DNA of 64,000 bases, from NCBI GenBank assembly GCA_965219415.1, contig CBDCNP010000002.1:2976001-3040000 (forward strand), given 5' to 3'. This stretch comes from Candidatus Marinacidobacterales bacterium. Its GTDB lineage: Bacteria; Acidobacteriota; Vicinamibacteria; Marinacidobacterales; DATDRI01. The notes under the pieces are model-generated. The model made no database searches. It was not told the DNA's origin and worked only from the letters and a program-made list of their open reading frames with translations. The first letter of the stretch is position 1, and every line of letters begins with the position of its first letter. The position numbers were made by a program, and so were the translations under genes. Shown here one piece after another: positions 1-9,627 of the stretch.

Positions 1-214
1 ACGGGCGCGACGCCAACCGCCTCGATGGTCCGGTGGAACGACTCGCAGAACTTCGAGTCCCGGTCGTGAATGAGGTATCGGCTCGAGGACAGAAAGCCGA
101 CATCTGCCATGGTCACGTTGCGAGCCACTTGAGTCATCCACTGTTCGTTCGGATGCGGCGTGATGCCGGCGACGTGGACTCGACGGGTAGCCAGGTGCAT
201 GAAGAACAGAACGT
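1..214 (-). pseudogene. Internal fragment of rve/integrase-core transposase (family C, like 62001-63068)
   Basis: Reverse strand reads VLFFMHLATRRVHVAGITPHPNEQWMTQVARN...[11 protein letters not shown]...EAVGVAP, co-linear with the intact ORF at 62001-63068; cut at 214 by an element end. Confidence 0.85.
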
Positions 215-361
215 CGTCCTGTGCCAAAACTCGGCCCTTTTGAAATAGACCACAAATCAGCAGCTTAGACGCCCTTGGAATCCGCGCAGAATCCAGGGTA
301 TTTCGCGCCGCAGGGCTGACTTCCGACCCATGGGCTGACGGATGAATAAATAGAAGGCACA
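215..361 (+). mobile_element. ~147-bp non-autonomous mini-element (ends CGTCCTGTGCCAAAAC ... AATAAATAGAAGGCACA)
   Basis: Near-identical copies at 1294-1440, 30158-30304 and 58833-58979(-); partial copies at 2832-2953 and 59456-59570. Confidence 0.85.
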
Positions 362-481
362 GCGCGGGGATGGGGGGGACCGCCTAATGGGATAACTACA
401 TTATGTCTATAACATAAAAAATAATGTGTTTACAGTAGTTTAACTGGCACTATAATTTAGCGTTGCGCGAGTTCCTGAACC

Positions 482-560
482 GATGCTTCCGCTATCAAGT
501 GTTGCTACGCCGTGTTTGAATGCTAGTGTCAGCTGGCCTGCCTGTGTCGGCGAACGCCAC
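482..560 (+). mobile_element. Partial IS1-family MITE end
   Basis: GATGCTTCCGCTATCAAGTGTTGCTACGCC... matches the start of the MITE at 41907-42151. Confidence 0.75.
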
Positions 561-734
561 AGAATTAATCTCGCTGTCTTTTCAACGTGTTCGTGCTGAC
601 AACAGAATGTATGAGGTTGTGGGTGCGCCGGGGCGTCGAACCCGGGAGGCCGGCAATTCTGCCGATCTTCTACACCTCCCCCGGCGCGCCCTCCGAAATG
701 TTGCTTCTAAGAAAGGGTTGAAAGGGTTGAAACA

Positions 735-1244
735 ATGCTGAAACTAACCTTACTCGTTGCTGCGGTCCTCGCTGGCATAGGATGCGGAGATAGCGGTGGA
801 TCGTCACCCGCCGCTCCAACTGTAGCCCCGAGCCCGAGCCCACAGTCACAACCCCGAGCAAATCTCACCCTAACCATCTACAATCTTTCCTACGTCGCCC
901 CGGGGTCCTTTGGTCCTGCCGATGTTTATTTCGATGCCGGCTTGAGAGAGACGGCCGGAACCGGCCTCGCCGTCAAAAATATTCACATGGATATTCTCAG
1001 ACCAAACGGAACTCGCGTGGAGCGCCAAACCTTCAACGAGGAAACGATCATACGGATTGCCGGCGGAAACCGCATTGAACCGAACGGCTCATATCGAGAC
1101 GTACTCGTTACAGGTGTGAGAACAAGTATCGCAAGAGGATCCACCGGATGGTTTTTTCGATTTACAGTACAATGGTTAGACGATACGGGAGCTCGGGGAG
1201 ACGACACCGCCGTAGTCCGCCTCAATAGTTGGAGCCCTCTATAA
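735..1244 (+). CDS. Putative lipoprotein
   Basis: Hydrophobic signal peptide ending AGIGC (lipobox-like), followed by a Pro/Ser-rich linker and a beta-rich domain. Confidence 0.65.
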   Translation: MLKLTLLVAAVLAGIGCGDSGGSSPAAPTVAPSPSPQSQPRANLTLTIYNLSYVAPGSFGPADVYFDAGLRETAGTGLAVKNIHMDILRPNGTRVERQTFNEETIIRIAGGNRIEPNGSYRDVLVTGVRTSIARGSTGWFFRFTVQWLDDTGARGDDTAVVRLNSWSPL

Positions 1245-1293
1245 GATGCTTGAGATCGTAGCGGGCGCTATCTATGAGATCTTGGTCGGCGGG

Positions 1294-1440
1294 CGTCCTG
1301 TGCCAAAACTCGGCCCTTTAGAAATAGACCACAAATCAGCAGCTTAGACGCCCTTGGAATCCGCGCAGAATCCAGGGTATTTCGCGCCGCAGGGCTGACT
1401 TCCGACCCATGGGCTGGCGAATGAATAAATAGAAGGCACA
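1294..1440 (+). mobile_element. ~147-bp mini-element copy
   Basis: Near-identical to 215-361. Confidence 0.85.
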
Positions 1441-1503
1441 CCTCTACACCCACATCGAGCCGCTTTTGGCCGGTGATGTTCCATTCTTGTGAATAGCCAC
1501 GAA

Positions 1504-1938
1504 CTAGGTCAGCATCTCCTCGTCGCTGTAATCCCAGGTGCGAAGTGTTCCCGGCTCGAGACGGATCATCGCAAAGTCGATTTCCTTCATACCATCGGCA
1601 TAATCGTTTCCTCGAGCCTCACCGAGATAGCGGATGGCAAGGCGTCGTAGGATGTCGAGGTCGTCAGTCGGGTACGAAACCTTAGCCTCTCCTCGTATTT
1701 CAATGCCCCGATACGGCGGCTGGCTGTCGGCTACTACGACGGATGCCATGGGGTTATGGTCGAGGTGCCTGGTCTTCACATCCTTTGCGAAGGTCATCAC
1801 CGTGAACCCGCCGTCCCTGAACTCGTGCCAGACCGGCGACAACAACGAGTGGCCGTTTTGCATGTGGGTCGCGAGAATCGCCACGGTCGAGCCGGTAAGC
1901 AGGTCGCCTAGCTCTTCGGGTTTGAGGTTCTTGCGCAT
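1504..1938 (-). CDS. Pyridoxamine 5'-phosphate oxidase-like (PPOX/F420-dependent family) protein, copy 1
   Basis: AILAT..NGHSLLSPVW...KTRHLDHNP..SVVV...GIEIRGEA pattern; GGAGG RBS; paralog at 30546-30980. Confidence 0.85.
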   Translation of the reverse strand: MRKNLKPEELGDLLTGSTVAILATHMQNGHSLLSPVWHEFRDGGFTVMTFAKDVKTRHLDHNPMASVVVADSQPPYRGIEIRGEAKVSYPTDDLDILRRLAIRYLGEARGNDYADGMKEIDFAMIRLEPGTLRTWDYSDEEMLT

Positions 1939-1969
1939 GTCGCACCTCCTGGAAAAAGATAATCTACTC

Positions 1970-2320
1970 TGTCCTGTGCCAAAACTCGGCTCTTTTGAAA
2001 TAGACCATAAATCAGCAGCTTAGTGTTTGTGTTTGCGACCGGGCCAAGGCGGCCCAAGGGTCTTGAGTTCGTTTGTATTCTTGGACACGACGGCCACGTC
2101 AGGAACAATTCGGGCTTCATCCGAGAGCCGTGGCCGTTTCACGGAACGGCGGAGGACGACGAGCTGCTGCCGAAGAGCGACATTCTCAGGAGCCAGCTCG
2201 CGACGAGCCTTGAAGCCGGAGATGAGAGCGGGAACCAACGACGAAATCATGCCGGCATGGTGCTGGCAGACCGGAGATTATTCAAGTTTGGTGCGTGCGG
2301 ATAAATAAATAGAAGGCACA
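1970..2320 (-). mobile_element. Internally deleted rve element retaining the transposase N-terminus (2020-2250) and a nested end
   Basis: Ends TGTCCTGTGCCAAAAC and AGAAGGCACA; MISSLVP...ENVALRQQLVVLRRSVKRPRL resembles the N-terminus of 43447-44496. Confidence 0.75.
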
Positions 2321-2321
2321 G

Positions 2322-2433
2322 GCGCTTACGCTCCATTTAGCGCGCAGCGAAAGTCGTGAGCGCTATTTGGGCTGTAATTTAATGCACCGTAAAGTCTAGC
2401 GTCATCTCACCAACACTTAATGGCGAAAGCACC
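2322..2433 (-). mobile_element. IS1-family terminal remnant (second end type)
   Basis: Reverse complement matches GGTGCTTCCGCCATTAAGTGTTGGTGAGATGACG..., also present near 55625-55780 and 59690-59845. Confidence 0.75.
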
Positions 2434-2471
2434 GTTCGACGAGTTTCGTCCGTTCTTCGAGAACTATCGGG

Positions 2472-2768
2472 CTATTTCTTGCTCGTCACGCTCGTGATCT
2501 TATTCTTCATCGTCTGGCTTCGGTCGGTACGCGTTCCAAGCTTGATATTCGTATGGATGCGCGGTGCGCCCATTTCGTGGACGACTTCGTGACATCGCTT
2601 CACCACGCAAAATACTTCGTCCCAATCCCCTTCGATGTTGGTGCCGTTTGCGTGCAGCTCGGGCGATAGCCCCGCGGCTTCTATGACGCGCTCGCAAGCG
2701 GCAACGTACTTCGACAGGGAGACCCCGACACCGAGCGGAACGATGCAGAGATCGGCAATGACGTTCAT
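2472..2768 (-). CDS. MTH1187/YkoF family thiamine-binding protein
   Basis: MNVIADLCIVPLG.GVSLSKYVA...ELHANGTNIEGDWD...GAPRI...KLGTRTD family pattern. Confidence 0.9.
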   Translation of the reverse strand: MNVIADLCIVPLGVGVSLSKYVAACERVIEAAGLSPELHANGTNIEGDWDEVFCVVKRCHEVVHEMGAPRIHTNIKLGTRTDRSQTMKNKITSVTSKK

Positions 2769-3099
2769 CGCAGCAGTATACTCCAAGGATCCTGGGCATT
2801 TGCCTTTGCTGGCGTTGACGCCTGGCGAGCCCGTCCTGTGCCAAAACTCGGCCCTTTTGAAATGGACCACAAATCAGCAGCTTAGACGCCCTTGGAATCC
2901 GCGCAGAATCCAGGGTATTTCGCGCCGCAGGGCTGGCTTCCGACCCCTGGGCTGCGGGTGGCGGGCGACAGGCCCACTGGGGTACGCACGGCTGGCTGGC
3001 TCAAATCGGCTGCAGGACGAGCTGCAGGCCGCGAACTGCGCACCCGCGGAAGCGCCCATTGGACTGGACTTTACGGCGCAAAAGAGCGAACGTCCGGTG

Positions 3100-3531
3100 A
3101 TGCCGCAGGATACAAGAGCTGGCCGGAGGGTCGTTCTGGACGGTTTGGACCTTCCTAGCCTGCGGCGGGCCTGGGAGCAGACCTTCGGGGCTGCTCCGCC
3201 AAGCTCGCTCTCACGCGCTCTCCTGCGCCGCGTTCTCGCGTACGAACGCCAGTGCCGGACCTATGGCGGGCATTCGGCCGCAACCCGGCGCACCCTGGCC
3301 GCCATGGCGAACGGCACACCAAGCCCCGCCCCTTCCGCAGGGTCCGTTTCTCCCGGCACCCATCTCGTCCGCGAGTGGAATGGCCGCACCTACCAGGTCG
3401 AGGTACTCGATAACGGCTATCGGTTCGACGGCAAATCCTACCCGTCCCTCACCACCATCACAAAGCGAATCACCGGCACACACTGGTCAGGACCACGCTT
3501 TTTCGGTCTGACGCCCAAGCGCAAGGCCTGA
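3100..3531 (+). CDS. DUF2924 domain protein
   Basis: PGTHLVREWNG...FDGKSYPSLT.I..RITGTHWSGPRFFGL; typical partner upstream of large serine recombinases. Confidence 0.9.
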   Translation: MPQDTRAGRRVVLDGLDLPSLRRAWEQTFGAAPPSSLSRALLRRVLAYERQCRTYGGHSAATRRTLAAMANGTPSPAPSAGSVSPGTHLVREWNGRTYQVEVLDNGYRFDGKSYPSLTTITKRITGTHWSGPRFFGLTPKRKA

Positions 3532-3532
3532 C

Positions 3533-5187
3533 ATGACGAAAATCCGCTGCGCCATCTATACCCGAAAGAGCGCGGAAGAGGGTCTCGAACAGGATTTCAA
3601 CTCCCTCGATGCGCAGCGAGAGGCCTGCGCCGCGTATGTCGCGAGCCAGAAAGCGGAGGGCTGGGTGCTGCTGCCAACCGTCTACGAGGACGCGGGGATC
3701 TCGGGAGGAACCCTGGAGCGCCCGGGCCTACAGCACTTGCTCGCCGACATCGATGCCGGTCTCGTCGAGCAGATTGTGGTCTACAAGGTCGACCGGCTGA
3801 CCCGTTCCCTCTCCGACTTTGCAAAGCTCGTCGAGCGGCTCGAGGCGGCCGGCGCGGTTTTCGTCTCGGTGACTTAGTCCTTCAACACCGCGACCAGCAT
3901 GGGACGACTGACGCTGCATATGCTGCTGTCCTTCGCACAATTCGAGCGAGAAGTCACGGCCGAGCGGATCCGCGATAAGGTCGCTGCCTCCAAGCGCAAG
4001 GGACTATGGATGGGCGGCCGCGTACCGCTCGGCTATGAGAAGGACGAGCGCACGCTGCGCATCAACGAGGCTGAGGCCGAAACGGTCCGGACGCTCTATG
4101 CGCTGTACCGAAAGCACGGAACGCTCCGGCAGGTGAAGGCCGACGCGGACCGTCTGGGACTGCGCACCAAGCGACGCTTCGCCGCGGATGGAACCCTAAC
4201 GGGCGGGCTGCCGTTCCGTCGCGGACACCTCCACTGCCTGCTGACCAATCCTCTCTACGCCGGCCGCATCCGGCACCAGAGGCGTGTCTACGAGGGCCAG
4301 CATCCATCGATCATCGCTCCGGAGCTCTGGGACGCGGTCCAAACGCAGCTGCAGGCAGGGGCTGCCAAACCAAGGAGACGCACGACGAAGGGCCATGCAA
4401 CCCGTTCCCCACTGGCAGGCAAGCTCTTCGATGAGACCGGGGACCGGCTGACGCCGAGCCACACCAAAAAGAAAAACGGGCAACGGCTCCGCTACTACGT
4501 CTCCCGGCACCTCATCCAGCACAGTGGCCAAAAGGACCTCTCCGGCTGGCGACTGCCCGCCCCGATGCTGGAACAGACCGTCGTGCATCTCATCCGACAG
4601 CATGTGGATGCCACGACCTTCTCGGCCTCGTCACTCCGACGATGCAAGAGCTCGCCTCGGTGCGTCGCTTTTTAGACGGGCTGTGTTCCGGTAGCAATAA
4701 TGATAGTGCCTCGGCAGCCAGCCTGCTCCGTTTCATCCGGCGGGTCGATATCAGCCCAGGCTCTGTGTCCATCCTGCTCGACCGCAATACGTTCGCTGAT
4801 TGCCTGTCTATGGGACCCGACCGCATTCGCGAGGATGCACTCCGCATCCACGCACCGTTCCGCTTGCGTCGACGCGGCGTCGAGACCAAGCTCGTTCTGG
4901 GCAACCCCACGAAATCCATCGACCGCACACTCCTGCGCAATATCGCCAACGCCCTCTCCTGGCTCGACCGAATCAAAGCAGGCAAAACCTATGAGCAGAT
5001 TGCCACCGAAGACGCCATCCCAACGGACCGCGTGCGCAAGGCAATCCGTTATGCATTCCTGGCTCCCGACATCGTCCGTGCCATTGTCGAAGGCCGTCAG
5101 CCCGTTGGGCTGACCTCGAGCCACCTCTTGCATCATCCACTCCCCGACGATTGGGAGAAACAGCGCGCCCTCATTGCAACGCTTTAA
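3533..5187 (+). pseudogene. Large serine recombinase, inactivated
   Basis: RCAIYTRKS...SLDAQ...KVDRLTRS catalytic motifs; in-frame TAG at 3875-3877 (VSVT*SFNT) and a frameshift or deletion near 4640. Confidence 0.9.
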
Positions 5188-5848
5188 GGTAGACCACGCT
5201 GTAAGCGAACCCGCGGCGGCTGCCACGCTCGCTCTTGGTCTCCATCAGTCGGCGAACGGCATCGCCCCTTACTGATGATGACATCGGCGGCGTGCGGGTT
5301 TTGAGTTCGTTTATGTTTTTGGACACGACGGCGTTTTCCCATTAACTGAGCGATTAGCGCTCGATTCAGCCCCGAAATGCCCTCCAATTGCATTTTGATG
5401 ACCTGTTTTGCACCGTTACTGCTTGTTTGCTGCCAAGACCCGAATAGCTCCACTTGCCCCCACTTGAGCCTTACGACTGCGATAGTCGGAAAGGTGTTCC
5501 CGTCGGCGACGCGTCCATTGATGAGGCGTAAGAGCTTTTCACTACAATGATTTACGAGCAGAGCCTCCGTCGGAGGGTTTACAACACGGCCCTCTTACAG
5601 GCGTCAAGGAGGTTGAGATTGCCGTCTAGAAAATCGGATTTAATGTCAATTCGCAAATAAGCTCGAACGACCCCCCGTCGATGAGGCGTGCGGGGACCAG
5701 CACGTGACGGATGGCTTTAAATCACTGTAGTACAAGAGGATAGAACGACGTGGGCACCAGGGCTTCTCTGAGTTTTCGCTACATTGCCCCACCACGCGCG
5801 CGGCGAAAGGGCCACATCAGACTTGAAAAACTCTATAAATACCTTTTA

Positions 5849-6121
5849 CCGAGACCGGATAGCTCCGAACTGCACCATCCGCCACCCAGTCTGGCCAATT
5901 GTGGCACTGCAGAGACGGGTGAGATTTTCCGCGCGGTTGGCGGGGTTTTGCAGGATCAGGTGGCACCAGAGACGCGCTAGAAGGGCCGAACGGGCCTCAT
6001 TTTCGGTATTGGTCTCTAATCTCGATTTCCGAGGGACAAGTTTGCGCCAAATACGGGAGCGGGTGCTGACCGGGCCGTGTGGCGGCGGAAAAGAGGTCAC
6101 CGGAGGGGCCAAGAATCGAGG
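5849..6121. repeat. ~275-bp dispersed repeat of unknown element
   Basis: Clearly homologous to 33096-33369; both copies begin CCGAGACCGGATAGCTCC. Confidence 0.8.
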
Positions 6122-6475
6122 TCGGGGAGCTACTGCGGGTGTAGAATGCGGTCGCGACGAGCACAAGGCTCCGGTCTTGAATCGTAACTTTCGAGAGGGG
6201 CGTTTGCGCCCAAGAGGGGAGCCGCTTTAGGGTTCTGGACCGCGGTGATGCGGAGCTTGCAGTGGGGGAAGATGTCGACCGCTTTTGCCTTGGTCGGCTT
6301 CCATATCCAAGAGCTGTGTCCAATGGGCGATGGAACGGTTGTTTTCGCGCATGGTGCGGCAAGGCCTGAAAAGGCTGCCCCGACGAAATGCTACACTGTG
6401 GGCACGCCTGGATGCGCGGGGGTTTGATGTAGAGAGAGGTCCTTAGGAACTGGACGAGCGAAAGCGATTTCGGTA

Positions 6476-7432
6476 GTGGTCACAAGAAACGACAAGCCAC
6501 AGACAAGTGAGAAGACCAAGGGCAAGCCTGTCGTGTTTTACAAGACAGCGCTCGGGCGGTCCATCCTCGGCCAGGCCGAAGATGTTTTCCAATCTCCTTT
6601 GTATGCAAGAGATCTTAACGGGCAGGTCGATCTCATCTTCACGTCGCCGCCGTTTCCACTGAATAGAAAGAAACGTTACGGAAACGAGCAGGGTGAGGCC
6701 TATGTGAATTGGCTGGCGAATTTCGCGCTGCTGCTAAAAAAAATACTGAAGCCTAAAGGATCCATTGTCTTGGAGCTTGGCAACGCGTGGGAAGCGGGCA
6801 GGCCTGTGATGTCAACTCTGACTCTGAAGACGTTGCTTGCTTTCCTAGAACGTGGCGAATTCACCCTATGCCAGCAGTTCGTTTGGTATAACCCGGCTAA
6901 GCTGCCCACCCCTGCCCAGTGGGTCAACGTCGAGCGCATCCGTGTGAAAGATGCTTATACGCATCTATGGTGGATGGCGCTGACAGACCGCCCTTATGCG
7001 GACAACCGCAAAGTGCTCACAAAATACAGCGAGTCTATGGAAAAGCTTCTGGAGCGGAAAAGCTATAATACCGGCAGCCGCCCGTCACAGCACCATATCG
7101 GGAAAAAGTCCTTCCTGAAGAACAATGCTGGCGCTATTCCGTCAAACCTGATTACCCTTGCCAATACCCAGGCGAGTTCGGCCTACCTAGACTACTGTCG
7201 CACCCAAAAGCTCCGGCCGCATCCCGCCCGGATGCCGACCGGGCTTGCGGAGTTTTTCATCAAGTTCCTGACCAAGCCCAAAGAGTTGGTACTCGATCCT
7301 TTTGCAGGAAGCAATACAACCGGTGCTGCGGCTGAAAAACTCGGCCGCCGGTGGCTGGCGATTGAACCTAATCAGTCATATTTAGAGGGATCGCGCGGAC
7401 GTTTCGGGGCCTTTAGTGGCTACGCATCTTAA
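6476..7432 (+). CDS. Beta-class N4-cytosine/N6-adenine DNA methyltransferase (M.PvuII-like)
   Basis: Motif IV DLIFTSPPF precedes motif I LDPFAGSNTTG; HPARMP. Confidence 0.92.
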   Translation: MVTRNDKPQTSEKTKGKPVVFYKTALGRSILGQAEDVFQSPLYARDLNGQVDLIFTSPPFPLNRKKRYGNEQGEAYVNWLANFALLLKKILKPKGSIVLELGNAWEAGRPVMSTLTLKTLLAFLERGEFTLCQQFVWYNPAKLPTPAQWVNVERIRVKDAYTHLWWMALTDRPYADNRKVLTKYSESMEKLLERKSYNTGSRPSQHHIGKKSFLKNNAGAIPSNLITLANTQASSAYLDYCRTQKLRPHPARMPTGLAEFFIKFLTKPKELVLDPFAGSNTTGAAAEKLGRRWLAIEPNQSYLEGSRGRFGAFSGYAS

Positions 7433-7631
7433 AAGGTGAGCAGTTCCCTATCATCGTGGCTGGCGGAGGTTTTCTTGCAGTTTTTCGGCTCCTCTTCCCG
7501 GCCAAGAGGAGGCCGATGCGACCGAGACAACGACCCAAAGATCGATCAGGACGATCTGGAGGGGCCACCTCAAACAGACGATCGTGTTCAGGGGGAACTC
7601 CCGCATCACGAGTTCAACGAGGACCTAACTC

Positions 7632-8825
7632 GTGGAGCTAGATCCTTCGATAGTCCCTAGACGATGGCAGGCCGAGGCCGTCGACGTTTGGGCAAAAGAA
7701 CTACGTGGTATCGCTCGCGTGGTTACCGGTGGGGGCAAGACTGTTTTCTCCTACCTGTGCTTGGAGACGTTTTTTGCAGAGCATTCGGATGGTCGAGCGA
7801 TCATTGTGGTGCCTACACTTGCACTACTCGATCAGTGGTTCGTCGACATATGTGACGCGACCGACTTGGAAGAGTCGGAGGTCGCGTGCTACTCGGGCGG
7901 TTCACGACCTGAGCAACCCGGTCGGATAAACATCCTGGTTCTGAATACAGCGCGAAGAGTCTGCCGGGAGCTTTCTGAGTTGAGCCCAACGATCCTCATT
8001 GTAGACGAGTGCCATCGGACTGGCGCCATTGAGAACAGCCGGGCACTAGAGGGCTTTCACGAAGCTACCCTCGGCCTGTCTGCTACCCCCGAGCGAGAGG
8101 CCGACGACGGCTTCGAATCCCGAATAGTTCCGGCACTTGGTCCGATTATCCATACCTACGACTATCTGCAGGCTAGGGCTGACGGTGTAATCGTAGACTT
8201 TAATCTCGTCAATATCCAAATTGCGCTTGATGGACATGACGTAAACCGGCTGCCGATCCTCTCCGAGAAGAGGGACAGCCTCGCGCGGCGAAATAGGAAC
8301 CCATCAGAGTCGGAACGGTTGCATGAGGTTGCATCAAAGAAGATTGCTACTTCTGCAGAGTACGCAATGAGAATCCCTTGGGCTGTCAAGCTAGCTTTGC
8401 ATCACCGCAGCGAGCGCGTCATCATTTTTCATGAGCGAGTCGCGTCCCTTGGAAGAATTACCGACCTTCTCTCCGAGTTTGCTCAGAACTCCGTGGCTTA
8501 CCACTCGCACCTTTCGGAATCACATCGACGCGACAACCTTCGTCTGTTTCGGCGCGGCATGGTCAATATGCTAGTGACGTGTCGTGCTCTCGACGAAGGT
8601 ACGAATGTGCCTGAAGCCAACGTTGCGATCGTTGCGCACTCAACGTCAAGCACGCGGCAACGCATTCAGCGTCTCGGGCGAGTACTCCGACCAGCACCGG
8701 GGAAGAGGCACGCAGTAGTCTACACTCTATACACTGGAGAGGATCAACAGAGGCAACTTGCAGAGGAGGCTGCCGACTTGGAAGGTGTTGCCGAGATCGT
8801 CTGGAAGCGGGGGGCCATTCAGTGA
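7632..8825 (+). CDS. SF2 DEAD/DEAH helicase (XPB/Ssl2-like)
   Basis: WQAEA Q-motif, TGGGKT, DECH, GLSATPER, LDEG.NVP, QRLGRVLR. Confidence 0.9.
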   Translation: MELDPSIVPRRWQAEAVDVWAKELRGIARVVTGGGKTVFSYLCLETFFAEHSDGRAIIVVPTLALLDQWFVDICDATDLEESEVACYSGGSRPEQPGRINILVLNTARRVCRELSELSPTILIVDECHRTGAIENSRALEGFHEATLGLSATPEREADDGFESRIVPALGPIIHTYDYLQARADGVIVDFNLVNIQIALDGHDVNRLPILSEKRDSLARRNRNPSESERLHEVASKKIATSAEYAMRIPWAVKLALHHRSERVIIFHERVASLGRITDLLSEFAQNSVAYHSHLSESHRRDNLRLFRRGMVNMLVTCRALDEGTNVPEANVAIVAHSTSSTRQRIQRLGRVLRPAPGKRHAVVYTLYTGEDQQRQLAEEAADLEGVAEIVWKRGAIQ

Positions 8826-9604
8826 CTCTGCTCATACGCCAGAACCGTACTTACGAGCAGGTCTACTATGACCAAGAGTCAGACTTTTCGGCCATCGTGA
8901 AGACCGAACTAGCCAAGATTCTTCCCGGCTTCTCGATTTTGGATTTTTCGCCGCTCATTATCGGCGATGAGGGAACTCGTCGGCGACCAGATTTGGCGCT
9001 CGTAGATCGAAACTACGAGATGTGGGCTGTCGCTGAGATCGAATTGGAGAAGCATTCACTTGAACATCACGTGATTCCGCAAGTCCAGACCTTTGCCACG
9101 GGGCGCTACGACAGGTCACACGCGACATTGCTTCATCAGAAAGACAGGACGCTGAATCTGGAAAGTTTGTGCAATCTTACCACATATCTCCCACCCGTCG
9201 TCTCGGTTGTCGTTAACTCGCGCTCGGTTCTGAGAGACGGCTGGGATATCCTTGATTCGGACTATTCGGCTTGTCTCACCTTTTTGGAGTCGTTTCGAGC
9301 AGAGAATGGAGATGTAATTTTCTCTATTTCTGGCTACCTGCCAACTGCACAGCCTAACCGAATCATAAAACTCAAGAAGCACAAGATGATGAATGCCCTC
9401 GTCTGCACTCAACCTAAGGACGTTCCGGCGGCGATTGTTGATGAAATACGGATGTACACGGGCGAGCGGCCTCACACATGGCCGATCATTAGGACGTCGG
9501 ACACTGTTGTATTTTTTGCGCCAGGTGGTTTTACAGTCCGTGCAGACCGAAATTACGAAGTTCTTAAAATAGGCGAGGGAAAATATCGGCTTTACGAGTT
9601 GTAA
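8822..9604 (+). CDS. Hypothetical protein with PD-(D/E)xK-like nuclease N-terminus
   Basis: E...RPDLALV...AVAEIEL motif spacing; 4-bp overlap with the helicase gene (translational coupling). Confidence 0.6.
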   Translation: MTLLIRQNRTYEQVYYDQESDFSAIVKTELAKILPGFSILDFSPLIIGDEGTRRRPDLALVDRNYEMWAVAEIELEKHSLEHHVIPQVQTFATGRYDRSHATLLHQKDRTLNLESLCNLTTYLPPVVSVVVNSRSVLRDGWDILDSDYSACLTFLESFRAENGDVIFSISGYLPTAQPNRIIKLKKHKMMNALVCTQPKDVPAAIVDEIRMYTGERPHTWPIIRTSDTVVFFAPGGFTVRADRNYEVLKIGEGKYRLYEL

Positions 9605-9627
9605 TTGCCAAATGCTCCTAGGGAGGG

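Noticed and set aside
2635-3099. N-terminal extension of the 298-aa ORF
   Set aside because: It runs antisense through the thiamine-binding gene and a mini-element; DUF2924 similarity starts at 3100
7436-7660. 74-aa ORF between the MTase and helicase
   Set aside because: No recognisable domain or clear RBS; cannot be supported, although it fills the gap
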